DNA of 64,000 bases from Tubiluchus corallicola (taxonomy: Eukaryota; Animalia; Priapulida). Location of the stretch: NCBI GenBank assembly GCA_030141605.1, contig JAQGDQ010000134.1, positions 266,978 to 330,977 of the forward strand, given 5' to 3'. The position numbers were made by a program, and so were the translations under genes. Of this stretch, positions 1 through 21,956 are shown piece after piece. Every line of letters begins with the position of its first letter. The first letter of the stretch is position 1. The notes under the pieces are model-generated. The model saw only the letters and a program-made list of their open reading frames with translations. It was not told the DNA's origin and did no database searches.

Positions 1-106
1 TCGTGGTAAGACCCTTTGATTATAAGGATAAATGATAAATCAATTGGTAAACAGTCTCTAATTTTAACTGTGAACCAGGCATAGAGTCTATGCTGCTAGT
101 TCTTAC

Positions 107-293
107 CAAGTAGAACTTTCCACACAATCTCCCTATAGATGCCAGCTACAGGAAATCGGAGGCAAAATTGAGACAGTCTCTGTAAATCCAGTGGCTGCTC
201 TTTCAGTAATATTTCTAGCGACTTCTTTTCTTCAATGCCTCGAAATCCCATTTTTTCATAATAATGAGATCTGAAGTTTCTCTCATCTGCCAT
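107..293 (-). CDS. TBC1D7: TBC1 domain family member 7 (TSC complex subunit), first coding exon; gene continues beyond the left edge
   Basis: Translates [63 protein letters not shown], matching the recalled TBC1D7 N-terminus ([27 protein letters not shown]...WKVLLG). GTAAGA donor follows position 107; a TTACAG acceptor lies just upstream of the ATG, implying a non-coding first exon further right. Confidence 0.93.
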
Positions 294-1189
294 TATACTG
301 TAACAAAACACCAATGAAATAAATAAAGTTATTGGGTTATCAAGTAATTTGCAGTATGTATGCCCATGCAAACTACTTTGTAGTTCTTTTGATGAACAAA
401 ATTTCTAATATGATTTGGCAAATGCATATCTTTATTCTTGTTTGGTAACATAGTAAAACATAAAATTATGTATAGAATGCTTCTTTTTCTCCTTTTTGTA
501 AATATAAGTATGCCTACTGTTCTGAAAATAATATTAATTATGTGAGATTCAGTATGTACTCACTTATGTATCCATTCACTGTGAGCAAATTCATGCTTTT
601 AATTTTTCCTTTTATGCTTATTGTAAACAGCTATTAGTATGCATATACCATTTTAGTAAATACTGTGTTTTAGTTCCTTTCTTGCTTGCCCAGTGTAGTT
701 ATAACGTATCTGTGCAATAAACAAAATTTAATTTAATTTAATTGACCTTTGACAGCACAAATGACAATAATTACTATGTAAATCGTTAGTGTTTTGATAA
801 CAAGTAACATAAGATTTTTGAATAACAAAATTCCTGATAAACTGCATTAGTAATACAGCCATAACACTTATTACAAATCTCTACAACTTCGGAAACATTC
901 ACGTTTAATCAGTCTGCAAATTAAACGATGCAATCGGGATGCACAATGCACTCGTTTCGTTTAGATATGTACCGCTATCTAGTGAGCAAAAGCACGATTA
1001 AAGAAAACGAACTGATGTCGCCATTATGGTAACGTTTTTATACACTGCGTGTCGAATGTTGCGCTAATTTATCTCGACTATATTAAAGAAATGAATAGAC
1101 GTCTGTTACTATACTTGTATATAAGAAAATCTTGAAATAAAACGCGCTCAATTTTATGAAGCACCATTTCCGATAACGTATTTCACTAA

Positions 1190-1272
1190 AGTACGGTGGC
1201 CGAGTGGTTAAGGCGTTGGACTTAAGTTCCAATGGACATATGTCCGCATGGGTTCGAACCCCATCCGTACTA
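1190..1272 (+). tRNA. tRNA-Leu (anticodon TAA), long variable arm
   Basis: Acceptor stem AGTACGG/CCGTACT, A-box TGGCCGAGTGG, anticodon arm TTGGA-CTTAAGT-TCCAA, variable arm GGACATATGTCC, T-arm ATGGG-TTCGAAC-CCCAT, discriminator A, followed by T-rich TTTCTTTTT terminator. Confidence 0.96.
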
Positions 1273-4200
1273 TTTCTTTTCATACTGCCGCTTCTTCTTT
1301 TCCCAAGTTTTTTATCATGATGTTCTATTGTCTACATTAAATCAAAAATACTGAAAATAATCATTCGTGTGAAAAATTGTTTATGTAAAGGAAATTAGAA
1401 ACCGTAAAAATGTTTTTAAAAATTTCATGTCATCCCAGTTTTGACTAGGCAGCGTTACAGGCCTGTGTTCGCCAGATTTGAAATTGAAACTTAGGCATTC
1501 TACCTTTCTAATTCTCGAACAACTAATACTTCTGTCCCTCCTATGTGCTGCTACCGTCTATATATTAATTTCTGTCATTTAATCAAGTAACAATTTACTT
1601 CTTTCAGAATGTAGTCCGTAAAACACAAATACATACATAAATGCAAGGATAAAAGACTACTAAAATCTAACTTAAAAACTCCATTTATAGATAACACATG
1701 AGTATGATTATGCATATACAAATAACATTGTTTTCCATTCGCTAAAAATATAAGAATTCATACTGATATAATAACTTAAAATATAGGCCTACTGTATTAA
1801 AATATTATTAAAATAGATTTTTAAAAGAATAAACAGTTTTTCATATGATTACGCCAAAGTGCTCAATTTGCAAGCTGACATACATTTGACTAGCGCTGCA
1901 ATCATAGGGCAATGAAAATAGCTTCCTTGTGCAATTATTATAGGCTAACTTTTAATTGTTTAATAATATAGGCTTTTAATTTCTCATCTTTGATTATTTT
2001 AGTCATAAATGGCACGGCGATTGGCACATTTGTCTAATTTCTTCATTGGTGTTACTCTTATGATTATACTGTTGCACTTCCTCTCCCAGACCATCGGACT
2101 AGGAACATGGCGCCGCTCATGACCATGTCAGTTCTGCGTTGGTCTACTTTTTGGGAATGCGATGATGGTTTGGCTGTACAGAGTGCAAAAATATTTGACA
2201 GATTTCCATAAAAACTAAAATATGACCTGACTGTCGATGTCATATCAATTGCCAAAATGAATAGTCTACATGCCATGTAGTACGTTTAATTAATTCCTTA
2301 GTTATTTCTTTTTTGGCCCACATACATGCTCTCTCAGTTAGACAAACATCCTGAAGTAAATATGGCAATAAAACTGCCCAAAATGGCTTTCCTGGCCATC
2401 AGACACCCATTTGCCAACCAGGTCCAACACTGTTTAACGTTGATCACGAAGCACATATACATTGATTACTGTGACTATTGCACATCGATTTTTGAATTCA
2501 TTTGGAGAACTGTGAGAGTCACATTTATGGTGAGCGAGCTATAAATGGTTTCGGTAGTGATGGCTTCATACACATTTTATTAATTGATTAATCTGTTCGT
2601 ATATATTACACAGTACAGTATATATACTTTATATAAATTTATTAACTGTTTATTTTATTAACACCTATTGCATTTTTGTTTTTAATATATATATTATATA
2701 TATTTAATATATAATATATAGTATATTATATATTAAATATATATATACTTGCGGGATGCCCACTCTGTATCTCGACAATAGGCGGAGGAGCTGTACAAGC
2801 AGCCAACGGCCATGTGTAGAGGAGTAAACCTTCTAAATCAGGAGTGGAGCCCCGAAGGCGGACCACTGCAGCATGCTCCGGCAACTCCTGCAGCCAACCT
2901 GGTTCCAAACGTATCGCTCCGCTTTCCTTTGGACTACATCAGGGAGGAAGAGGGGTTCCTGTTGTCTGGGCAACTCAGGATCCCCATACACCTTGCCTAG
3001 GCGTACGCCCTGGAGACCTTCAAGGATCGGACTGCTCAGCCGCAGTCGACGCTGCAGCTCCATCAATGTGATCAATAACTGACTCTTTTGACGCACTTCA
3101 TTGTCTTCCGAGACAGAAGGATGCCAACAATATATTTATAAATATATACAGGCTAACTTGGTTATACAATGCTTCCTTAAAAGCGGAATTGTTCCAAATT
3201 TTAGATAAGATCATGAAATGAAATTGAAAATTAATGTGAAGAAAGATGCTGAGTTTGCAGATATGGCGCTTGATTTCAAGCCATGATAATCAAGGTTTCA
3301 ACCTAAACAATCTAGGTTAATTCATGCAGAATCATCAACTAGTTATATTCATTTCAACTTCAATTCATTCAAAGTTATAAATCTGGATGATCACGAAGTA
3401 ACGGAAGTCCTTTATCTGAGTTGCTTCCTCCTCAGCCTTGCTAACCACTGCTTGTTGCACCACAGTCTTTTTTATGATAAAAGCAATATGATAGGGAAAA
3501 CAAGGCAGGCTGGCAAACACCATGTACTGCCTGTGGTGTTTGCAAAAGCCTTTCGTATGTATGATAGTGGAATGAACAGTCTTCCATTCAATTACCTAAA
3601 CAGTGAATACATCAACTCAGACCGTTAATTAGTAAAACAATTTTTATTTAAATACGAAGCAGCAGAAAAATGTCACACGCCTCACGCCCTGCTGACCGAC
3701 TAATGATCGCGGCAATAGTAATCACACAAGACATAATTAGAACCAAAAGCTTGTGACACTTTTTGGATGTAAATTACTTTCACTCAAGACAAAGTATCAT
3801 CTGCAAACATTAAGCTAGGCTAATTGCTTCGGCAGTTTATAACAAGGTACAATGCTCGAATGCCATATATGACGTACATTAGGGTAATAACTCGTTTCGT
3901 AATTGACGTTTGCAGGCTCTTTGAAACAGTCTATACTTTACAAGCTATTATAAGCGCTCTATAAATTACTGAAACAGTTCTTAAGCACTTTAAAACTAAA
4001 CTCTTTTGAATCTGAAAGAAACGCAACGGAAGAGTGTCATGGTGGTACCTTGAACCACACCAACAACTCTCTTACTTCATGTACCTTGAACCCTACCAAG
4101 GGCTTGCTAATAGTGATTTGTGACCAAATCAACATCAACGACACGAGAAGATTAAGTGATAATTTCAGTTACTGGCACACTGAAGGCGACAAGAGCTGCA

Positions 4201-4469
4201 GCAGAAGTGGCAATCATCATGAAAGCGTCTATGACTATGAAAACAACAACCAAAACTAGTGATCATTAGACATTGATGACAACAATATCTTCTAAGTCGT
4301 CAACGCTGCCATCTCCCTCCCCCCGTCCCTTTATGTTTGTGAAAAGTATATATATTTTCGTAAACAGTGTATATGTAAACAGTATATATTTTAAAATAAA
4401 TATGATTTGTGTGTGATTGTATGTATTATACTATACACTTTGAGTGTGAAATAAAAAGTTAAATTCAAA

Positions 4470-4483
4470 TTCTCTCTCCCTCA

Positions 4484-4565
<82 letters not shown>
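4470..4565. repeat. (TC)n dinucleotide microsatellite
   Basis: Long near-perfect TC run seen directly. Confidence 0.95.
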
Positions 4566-4567
<2 letters not shown>

Positions 4568-5375
4568 ATATATCAGTATCTTCTTTTTCCCTTTTCTTTT
4601 TAACTTCTTTTTTCTCTCTTTTTCTCACTCATTCGCTCTATCTCTCACTGACTCATCCTCACTCACAAACTCATTCGTCACCCACTTTCTCACCTAACTT
4701 ATTCAGTGACACTGACATCAGAAACAAGAACAGATCAATAATCAATCAGCTTACTCCAATAGATAAGATTTTGATTCTCACAACAAGGGTCCCATGGGAT
4801 TTAGCTACACTTTCGTCATACATACAATACTAAAATTATTTAACACTCTTACACAATGTAACAATTAATATAGCTAACAAATTGCATATCATTTATCATT
4901 ATAATTTTTTTGAACTTTCTCACGTACACACAGCGGGGAGACACAGTTTGTGACAGATCTAATGCTATTATTATGCGAGACATAACAGTAATCAAAGATA
5001 TGTAGACCGAAAATGAATTATTCTATACGATTGATTATTCTATAATTTAATAGACGCGAGTTCTAAAGCTCTGAATGTGATTCAGTATGAATATTAATTA
5101 CACTGAAATTTGTTATCAACCACGGCGGGGGGCGTCATTCACTTAAATTCACAAGCCTAAAAACAAGAAACTCGTGTAATGATTTTGTACACATAGTCAC
5201 CAAATTTTTTTTGTACTTAAACCAGAGACTTTAAGTTTTTCCATGTACCTACTTCTTAAATGATTAGTGAAAATAGAGTAATAGTCTTAAATAAAATGAT
5301 GAGGAATAGCGGATGGTTGACGTACAACCCGTTTTCTGCTTGCTCGCTTAAAAATTTATGTACAAAATTGCTTTG

Positions 5376-5886
5376 GGCATGCTTGTAAATGTAGGCGTAA
5401 TAACGAGTGTAAAACCTATTTTAAATTGAAAACCTGGCTGTTTTTACAGGCATGCTTGTAAATGTAGGCGTAATAACGAGTGTAAAACCTATTTTAAATT
5501 GAAAACCTGGCTGTTTTTACAGGCATGCTTGTAAATGTAGGCGTAATAACGAGTGTAAAACCTATTTTAAATTGAAAACCTGGCTGTTTTTACAGGCATG
5601 CTTGTAAATGTAGGCGTAATAACGAGTGTAAAACCTATTTTAAATTGAAAACCTGGCTGTTTTTACAGGCATGCTTGTAAATGTAGGCGTAATAACGAGT
5701 GTAAAACCTATTTTAAAATGAAAACCTGGCTGTTTTTACAGGCATGCTTGTAAATGTAGGCGTAATAACGAGTGTAAAACCTATTTTAAAATGAAAACCT
5801 GGCTGTTTTTACAGGCATGCTTGCAAATGTAGGCGTAATAACGAGTGTAAAACCTATTTTAAAATGAAAACCTGGCTGTTTTTACA
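5376..5886. repeat. Tandem repeat, 73-bp unit x 7 copies
   Basis: Unit GGCATGCTTGTAAATGTAGGCGTAATAACGAGTGTAAAACCTATTTTAAA(T/A)TGAAAACCTGGCTGTTTTTACA starts at 5376, 5449, 5522, 5595, 5668, 5741 and 5814 with no spacers. Confidence 0.97.
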
Positions 5887-6861
5887 CTTATTAGTTTAAT
5901 AAGATCCTACAGTTGCAGAACTATATAGATAAATTTATAAATTGTTGTTAAGAACTGCTAGTTATCACCAATTTCAAATGTCCTATCTTTAGCAAAATAA
6001 AGATCGCATCAAATGAGCTAAAACAAATAAATTCTACTGTGGCTTACAGTTTATAGTGTGGAGTCAATTTTATAACGTCTTTTTCTGCATGATAGTTATC
6101 GTTATACATGACAGAGACCCAACGATCAATGCATTCTAAAAAGTTGAACGTGCCGCTTAAAGCACAAGAAAACACCATTCATAATAAAGCTTAAAAAATT
6201 CGTCTTGAAATTTTATATCGCTTACATACTGTCTTATTGTATACAGAGCTTGCATCAACAGTAACTCCGTATAAAACTGTGAATTTGAACTCCCGTGATG
6301 ACTATTAGGCGCCGCCATTTTGCCGTTAGGTTACAAATTTATACAACATTGTTTAAAGTTTGAAAAAATAATCACAACATTCGTAGCGCACTCTTCACTA
6401 ACTAAACACAAGTATAAATTACTTTATCTTGTCAATAACATCAATAATGCGGATTTTGGTGAATGAGTGGTGCACATTGGGATGGTGCTGCAGTGTTGTT
6501 TTACCAGGTGGCGTAAATATTTTAAATTATTAAGAATTTTCTTTTCCAATTAAGTAAGTATTTCGAGCAGCTATGCATAATGCTATTTATTATAGCTTTG
6601 TTCGGATTTGTACTCAGGTTTTAATTAGTAACACTTTTTTGTTTGTCATCATTATCATTTGACCTGAGTTCACAAGCCACACACAAATGTGGGTAATTGT
6701 TGTCATTAAAACACATTTTTTACACCGGCTGTTAGCTTGACGGCAAGAAATAGATTGACTTTCACCGCTTGGCTTGCCCCTCGGGTGTTGGGTCACCGCC
6801 GAATTGTCATAGTGACGCCTATACCACTTTCGACGATGTGAAGAAGCTTTAGAACTGTGTC

Positions 6862-6891
6862 AGTGACGTCACTTTTCATGCAGTATAAAAG
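6862..6891 (+). promoter_or_regulatory. Putative core promoter of the CDA-like gene: CRE palindrome plus TATA box
   Basis: AGTGACGTCACT (6862-6873) and TATAAAAG (6884-6891), about 85 bp upstream of the ATG at 6973. Confidence 0.6.
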
Positions 6892-6972
6892 ATGACATAG
6901 AGAGATTACACGAATTGAGTACTAACCAGGTAAACGGTCTTTGAGTATCTGCTCTTGTGAACGGCTACAGAG

Positions 6973-17173
<10,201 letters not shown>

Positions 17174-18806
17174 CATGCTAACCAAATAAATTTTTTGTTT
17201 ATTAGGCCTAGTTCATGTCATTACTTGTGTTTTTAATTAGGCCCACTAACCTACCTCGTTCTGGTTAACGTATATTAATGTTATTGTAACAAGTGATTGT
17301 TGTTGTATTAGAGTAGTTTTTGATGTTTTGTTCTAGATAATTAATTAAGTTTGTTTTTCTACCGGTGCGCTATCTATGAAAAGCTATGGAAAACAGTTTG
17401 GAGCAATACTTCTTTAGCCGTTTCTTCTTATCTTAGGTTGCCAGGTTAGTTTTACTGCACAAAAATTGTTCGTTCTTTTTCACTTAAGACGAGAGCATTA
17501 TGTACTTTGTATTCTAAATAGTTTCCAAGTTTCTAAGCTTATTTTTCCTTATTGTTTTTGTAAATGTTAATGTGACGTTTATGCAAGACTTGTTCTGTAA
17601 TTGTGGTTTACATAAAAGTAATTTCAAATTATTTTTAACGTTACAACAAGCTTTATAGGCGTTATAAGCTGTTTATGATATTGAAAGTCGAAATGGATCC
17701 TATAAGTTACTCAGGCCTAGAGGACTTAATTTATTTTTGCCCCACATTAGGCTGAAGTATATTACTGGGCTAAAGCTGCAACCAAAGCTCTTGTTGTATG
17801 TAAACGTACAGTCAGTGATTATTTACAATTATGATTCTGTTAACTTATTTAAGCAACCGTTTATTATTTGTGATAAATGCAAAGTTTGGGCACTAACTTA
17901 TAAATCAAAGAAATGGTAATAAACCCATGGTCAAATGAATGTAACGATTAGCACTAATCATCATCATCATCATCATCATCATCATTATCATCACCATCAT
18001 CATGAAAATTGTCATCCATTATTCGAAACAACGCTTTCATGAATCTGTACGATGTTGTGTAATTGTACAGGTTTGAGGTACAGACGGAAATAAAAAATGT
18101 TATTTATTTGTTTTTAGATAAACATGCGTTCTTCTGTTTTTTGCTTACTGCCTTTACTGTAGTTCAGATACTGCAAGTTAGCTTACGTCCTCGGTATGGA
18201 CGTAATACAATACTTCGAATGCAATACCGGAATTAAAATTTTCCAGATTTTTTTGCATCACTCGCTTGCGAAAAACTTTATAAAGTCTTGCCATGATGCT
18301 CTCTATTCATTGTTCATGTAATAACTTTTATATGTTGTCATACTAGAGTTATTCTCTGTATTCTAAATTCTACGAAAAAATTGATTCCACGACAACAGTA
18401 AATGGTGTTCATCAAATGACACATTCACGAAAAAAGATTCCACGACCATTATAAGTTTAATAGTGTTCTAAATGGCATTTCCAATTTGACAGAAAAGCTC
18501 AATAAGCGAGTAATCCAGTTCTGGACTAGCTAAGTTGAAGGGACACAAAAATCAAAATCTATACACAAAACCTTGTTGCGCAAATTTGACTCTGATTACT
18601 CTACTGCTTTATGCACAAAGCTGTGGTTCTCTTTTACAAGCTTTTTCTTTATTGTCAAAATTCTCTCTACTATTAATTGAAATGTTAACTATGCGTTCAT
18701 GTTTTAAAATTAAAATATTGACGGGAAGTTTAACAGAAAAAACATTTAACATACGTATGAGTAAATAGGCGTACAAAAATTTCCCAGAAACTTTAATAAT
18801 TATACG

Positions 18807-19187
18807 CAGGGCCGGGCTAGTTTAGGCTGCAGCCTAGGGCCTCTCAAGCTTGGTGGGCCAAAGCTTGAGGAGACCTGATAAAAAAATTTCAATTTTCAAA
18901 AAAAAAATGCGCCTAATATTTTAACATTTTGCATTGCAAAAAAATTCATTAAATTTAAAATAAAATTTCAGCTTTAAAATGGGAGGCCGGGAATCTAAAA
19001 ACCCATTTTTAAAAAAGTAGCTCATGTACCTGGTCACTTATTTGAAATAAAGGGCCGTTGTTTGAGGCCTTTTATTTAAGATAAGAGGCACCTATTTGAA
19101 GCCCTTTGTATGAGTTAGAGGGTCCCCATCTGAGGGGCCCATAATTCTATTAGCTTAGGGTCCCCAAAAGGTTATAATCCGGCCCTG
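18807..19187. mobile_element. hAT-like MITE
   Basis: Terminal inverted repeats CAGGGCCGG...CCGGCCCTG (the inversion extends into flanks TATACG/CGTATA), subterminal CTAGGG motifs, no coding capacity; no clean TSD. Confidence 0.7.
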
Positions 19188-20297
19188 CGTATAGGTAAGG
19201 TATTCTAATACTCACTAAATACACAAAGTTGTACATTACTGTTACTGCATAAATTACACACAGCTCTTAAGCGTTTAATATGAATCTCCGCGAAGAAGAA
19301 AAGTTGCCCATTTGTGGCCTTGTGCACCCTGCCTCCCATTACAGGGGACTGACGGAAACAGTTCTTCTACGCATTGCAAGAAAATAATTATTCATTACGA
19401 CCAAGTCCATTTTATTTACTTCTCCAGTAATTAAGAATGACCGACAAGTGATGAGGAGTCGTGTTCCATTGTTAGATAATGTAATGATTCTTGACCCACC
19501 ACGTCACAGAAAATTGCGCATGGAAAGTTCTCATTCCCTGTTGTGACTTTAATGGATTGTGGCTGCTTTAAGGCGGTTCGTCAGTTAACTACACAGTCAA
19601 AATTTACTAGTTTTAATTGATGAAGATTACGATACATATTATGTACGATTTTAGTTAAACGACTTTAGTTTAATGCATGCGAAAGTAAGCCACAGAGCCA
19701 GGAACATGGGGGGGGGGGCATTTGACCCTGGCCTTGCATTCTCTACGACGAAAAGATGTACGTGCGGTTCGTATGCTAACGTTCGTGTGCCAACTTGGCC
19801 TGGCCTTACATCCAGCTTAGAACAACCCTGTGTCAATGGTACAAACGTTTTTATTTGATAATTCACTTGATGATTTAGTAATTTTGGTAATTTATTTATT
19901 GGTAACTACACTACACGCTTTTTTTGTATTAACCGGTGTCACCGTGGCTTAAGACTTTGGATCCATATAACGCTTTGTATATCCTGCGAGTTATCACAAA
20001 AAACACTTTAAACCCTACTTATGCCTAAAAATTCAATAAATTCGTAGAAGGAAAGTTACCCCAACATTCCTGCATTTACAAACTCAATAAAGAATGGACT
20101 AGTTGGTTTAGACAGATTATACACAAGCAAGTTATTAGTAAAGTATTGTTTTAGATAAACGAAAACTGTGGCCACGCTCGCGTGATTAACTCACTACAAA
20201 CACTTTTCGAAAAGGTACCTACAAATTTCCTCCTCCTTTCTTCTTCAAAGTTTCATTTCACCTGTTGTACGCATTGAGGTATCAACATTTGTCAGAG

Positions 20298-20487
20298 TAT
20301 TCCACCCACTTCTATCTGCAGCTAACAGCGTAAGTTCTTCTACTCCTAAAATAGATTTGGTTGAAATTATTGAACATCTTTATTTATTTTAGCTACCCAA
20401 GTTGTCTTAGGTTTGCCAGGTGGTTTTTTGCAAGGTTTTAAGGCGATTCGTACTAGCGCTTCATTTGGTAATCTTAGAAGATGTCCT
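20298..20487 (-). mobile_element. Degenerate 3' end of a non-LTR retrotransposon ORF (RTE-like)
   Basis: Minus strand reads GHLLRLPNEALVRIAL...KKPPGKPKTTW...D...LAADRSGWN with stops, matching the GHxxR...GRPxxxW...AxDRxxW C-terminal pattern of RTE-type LINEs. Confidence 0.6.
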
Positions 20488-21662
20488 TGCTGAATGAAAA
20501 CACTTGCTGACGTCATTAGCCTCCATTGCGAGTGAGTTAAAAGAAAATAGCATTAACCTACATGAAAAGTAGAATTGTCAAGGTATCAAGTAAATGAAAA
20601 TATGTGAATCAGGAGCAGAACGAAATAATACTTTAATACAGACCTACTTCCCCCTGATAAAATGAAAATCTGGACAAGAATGCCTGTTCTTATTCTTCAG
20701 GGGTTGTTACGCCAAACAACAAACGTTGGCTTCACCTTCTTCAAAACTATTGATAAGAAGCCCACTCAACTCACATACTGCTGACTGACAAGTAATGACC
20801 ATTCGCTAAGTAAAAATGGTCATAAATTCTTATCACTATAATGCACTGTTGAAGTATGTACGTACTTTGTTCTTTATGATGGCCTTTCGGTTGAAAACGT
20901 GTAAAACAGTGGAAAGTAGGTAAGGCACGTTTTACAAACACAGTCTCGTACTCATCTTCCGCGCAGAGTTGCAATTATTTGGATGTATTGACGTTTTTGT
21001 CTATTTTTCTACGCCAGTGTGGGTGTTTATTGCCTGCCAGTCTATTTAGTTCAACCAATTATTTTAGACGTCGACGGTGAAACAAAACGAGTTAACATCA
21101 ACTGTATTACATCCTAAAATTCAAAATCCAACCTACATTGTCATTTTCTCGTAATCTCAAAAATATGAAAAGTAGCCGTAATAATATAATAATTTTTCTA
21201 GGAATTGTGAATATTTGTGGTCAGAGGTCTTTTATTTTCCGCCCAATGCCATCACTAACGTGAAGCCGAAGTGAATGAAAAACTGGGGAACGCAAATAGT
21301 CACATTTTGTATAGGAAAACTAGTATTATGAGCAGAGTTATCATACATTGTTTGTGAAAGATACTCTAAATACGATCGAGTGCAAACAGTTTGAATTCTT
21401 GAACAGAAATGAGCTTATCTTATACTAGATTGGATATGTCAAAATTGACTAAAGTAATGTAATTTTTATTGTAGTCCTTGACCAACTACTACATTATTTA
21501 TTGACCCTTTTTTGTAAATTGTTATAATGTATAAATATTCTTGTTTTTCTATGCTACTAAAAATTGAAAATTGTACTGCAATTCGAAATAAATAATGATA
21601 ATAATTACTATTATTACTAATACTAATTTAATTGAAACAGGACAGGTTTCTTATTTGGAAGG

Positions 21663-21788
21663 AGTTTGCAATTCCCCACACAATTTAAATACCCTCACCC
21701 TAACCCTAATCCCAGCCCTAACCTTAACCCAACCCTAACTCTGATCCCAATCCGCTTTACGAACTAATTTTATGAGGAATTGTAAACT
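21663..21788. mobile_element. Small MITE-like element containing degenerate (CCCTAA)n repeats
   Basis: Imperfect inverted ends AGTTTGCAATTCC...GGAATTGTAAACT around CCCTAACCCTAATCCCAGCCCTAACCTTAACCCAACCCTAA. Confidence 0.5.
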
Positions 21789-21956
21789 TTGGCCCCCTTT
21801 TGGAAAATGTTTCTCGTTCTCTCTCCTTATATGTTATCATATTTTACGGTGTGCCAGAACTAGCAAGTTTGCAATATTCATGAGCTTTTTCTGCAAATTA
21901 ATGAAAACAATATATATATATATCATATAAAAGACTTATAATAATAATTACTATAT

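Noticed and set aside
5376-5886. CRISPR-like array
   Set aside because: Units are contiguous with no unique spacers, no cas genes and a eukaryotic context.
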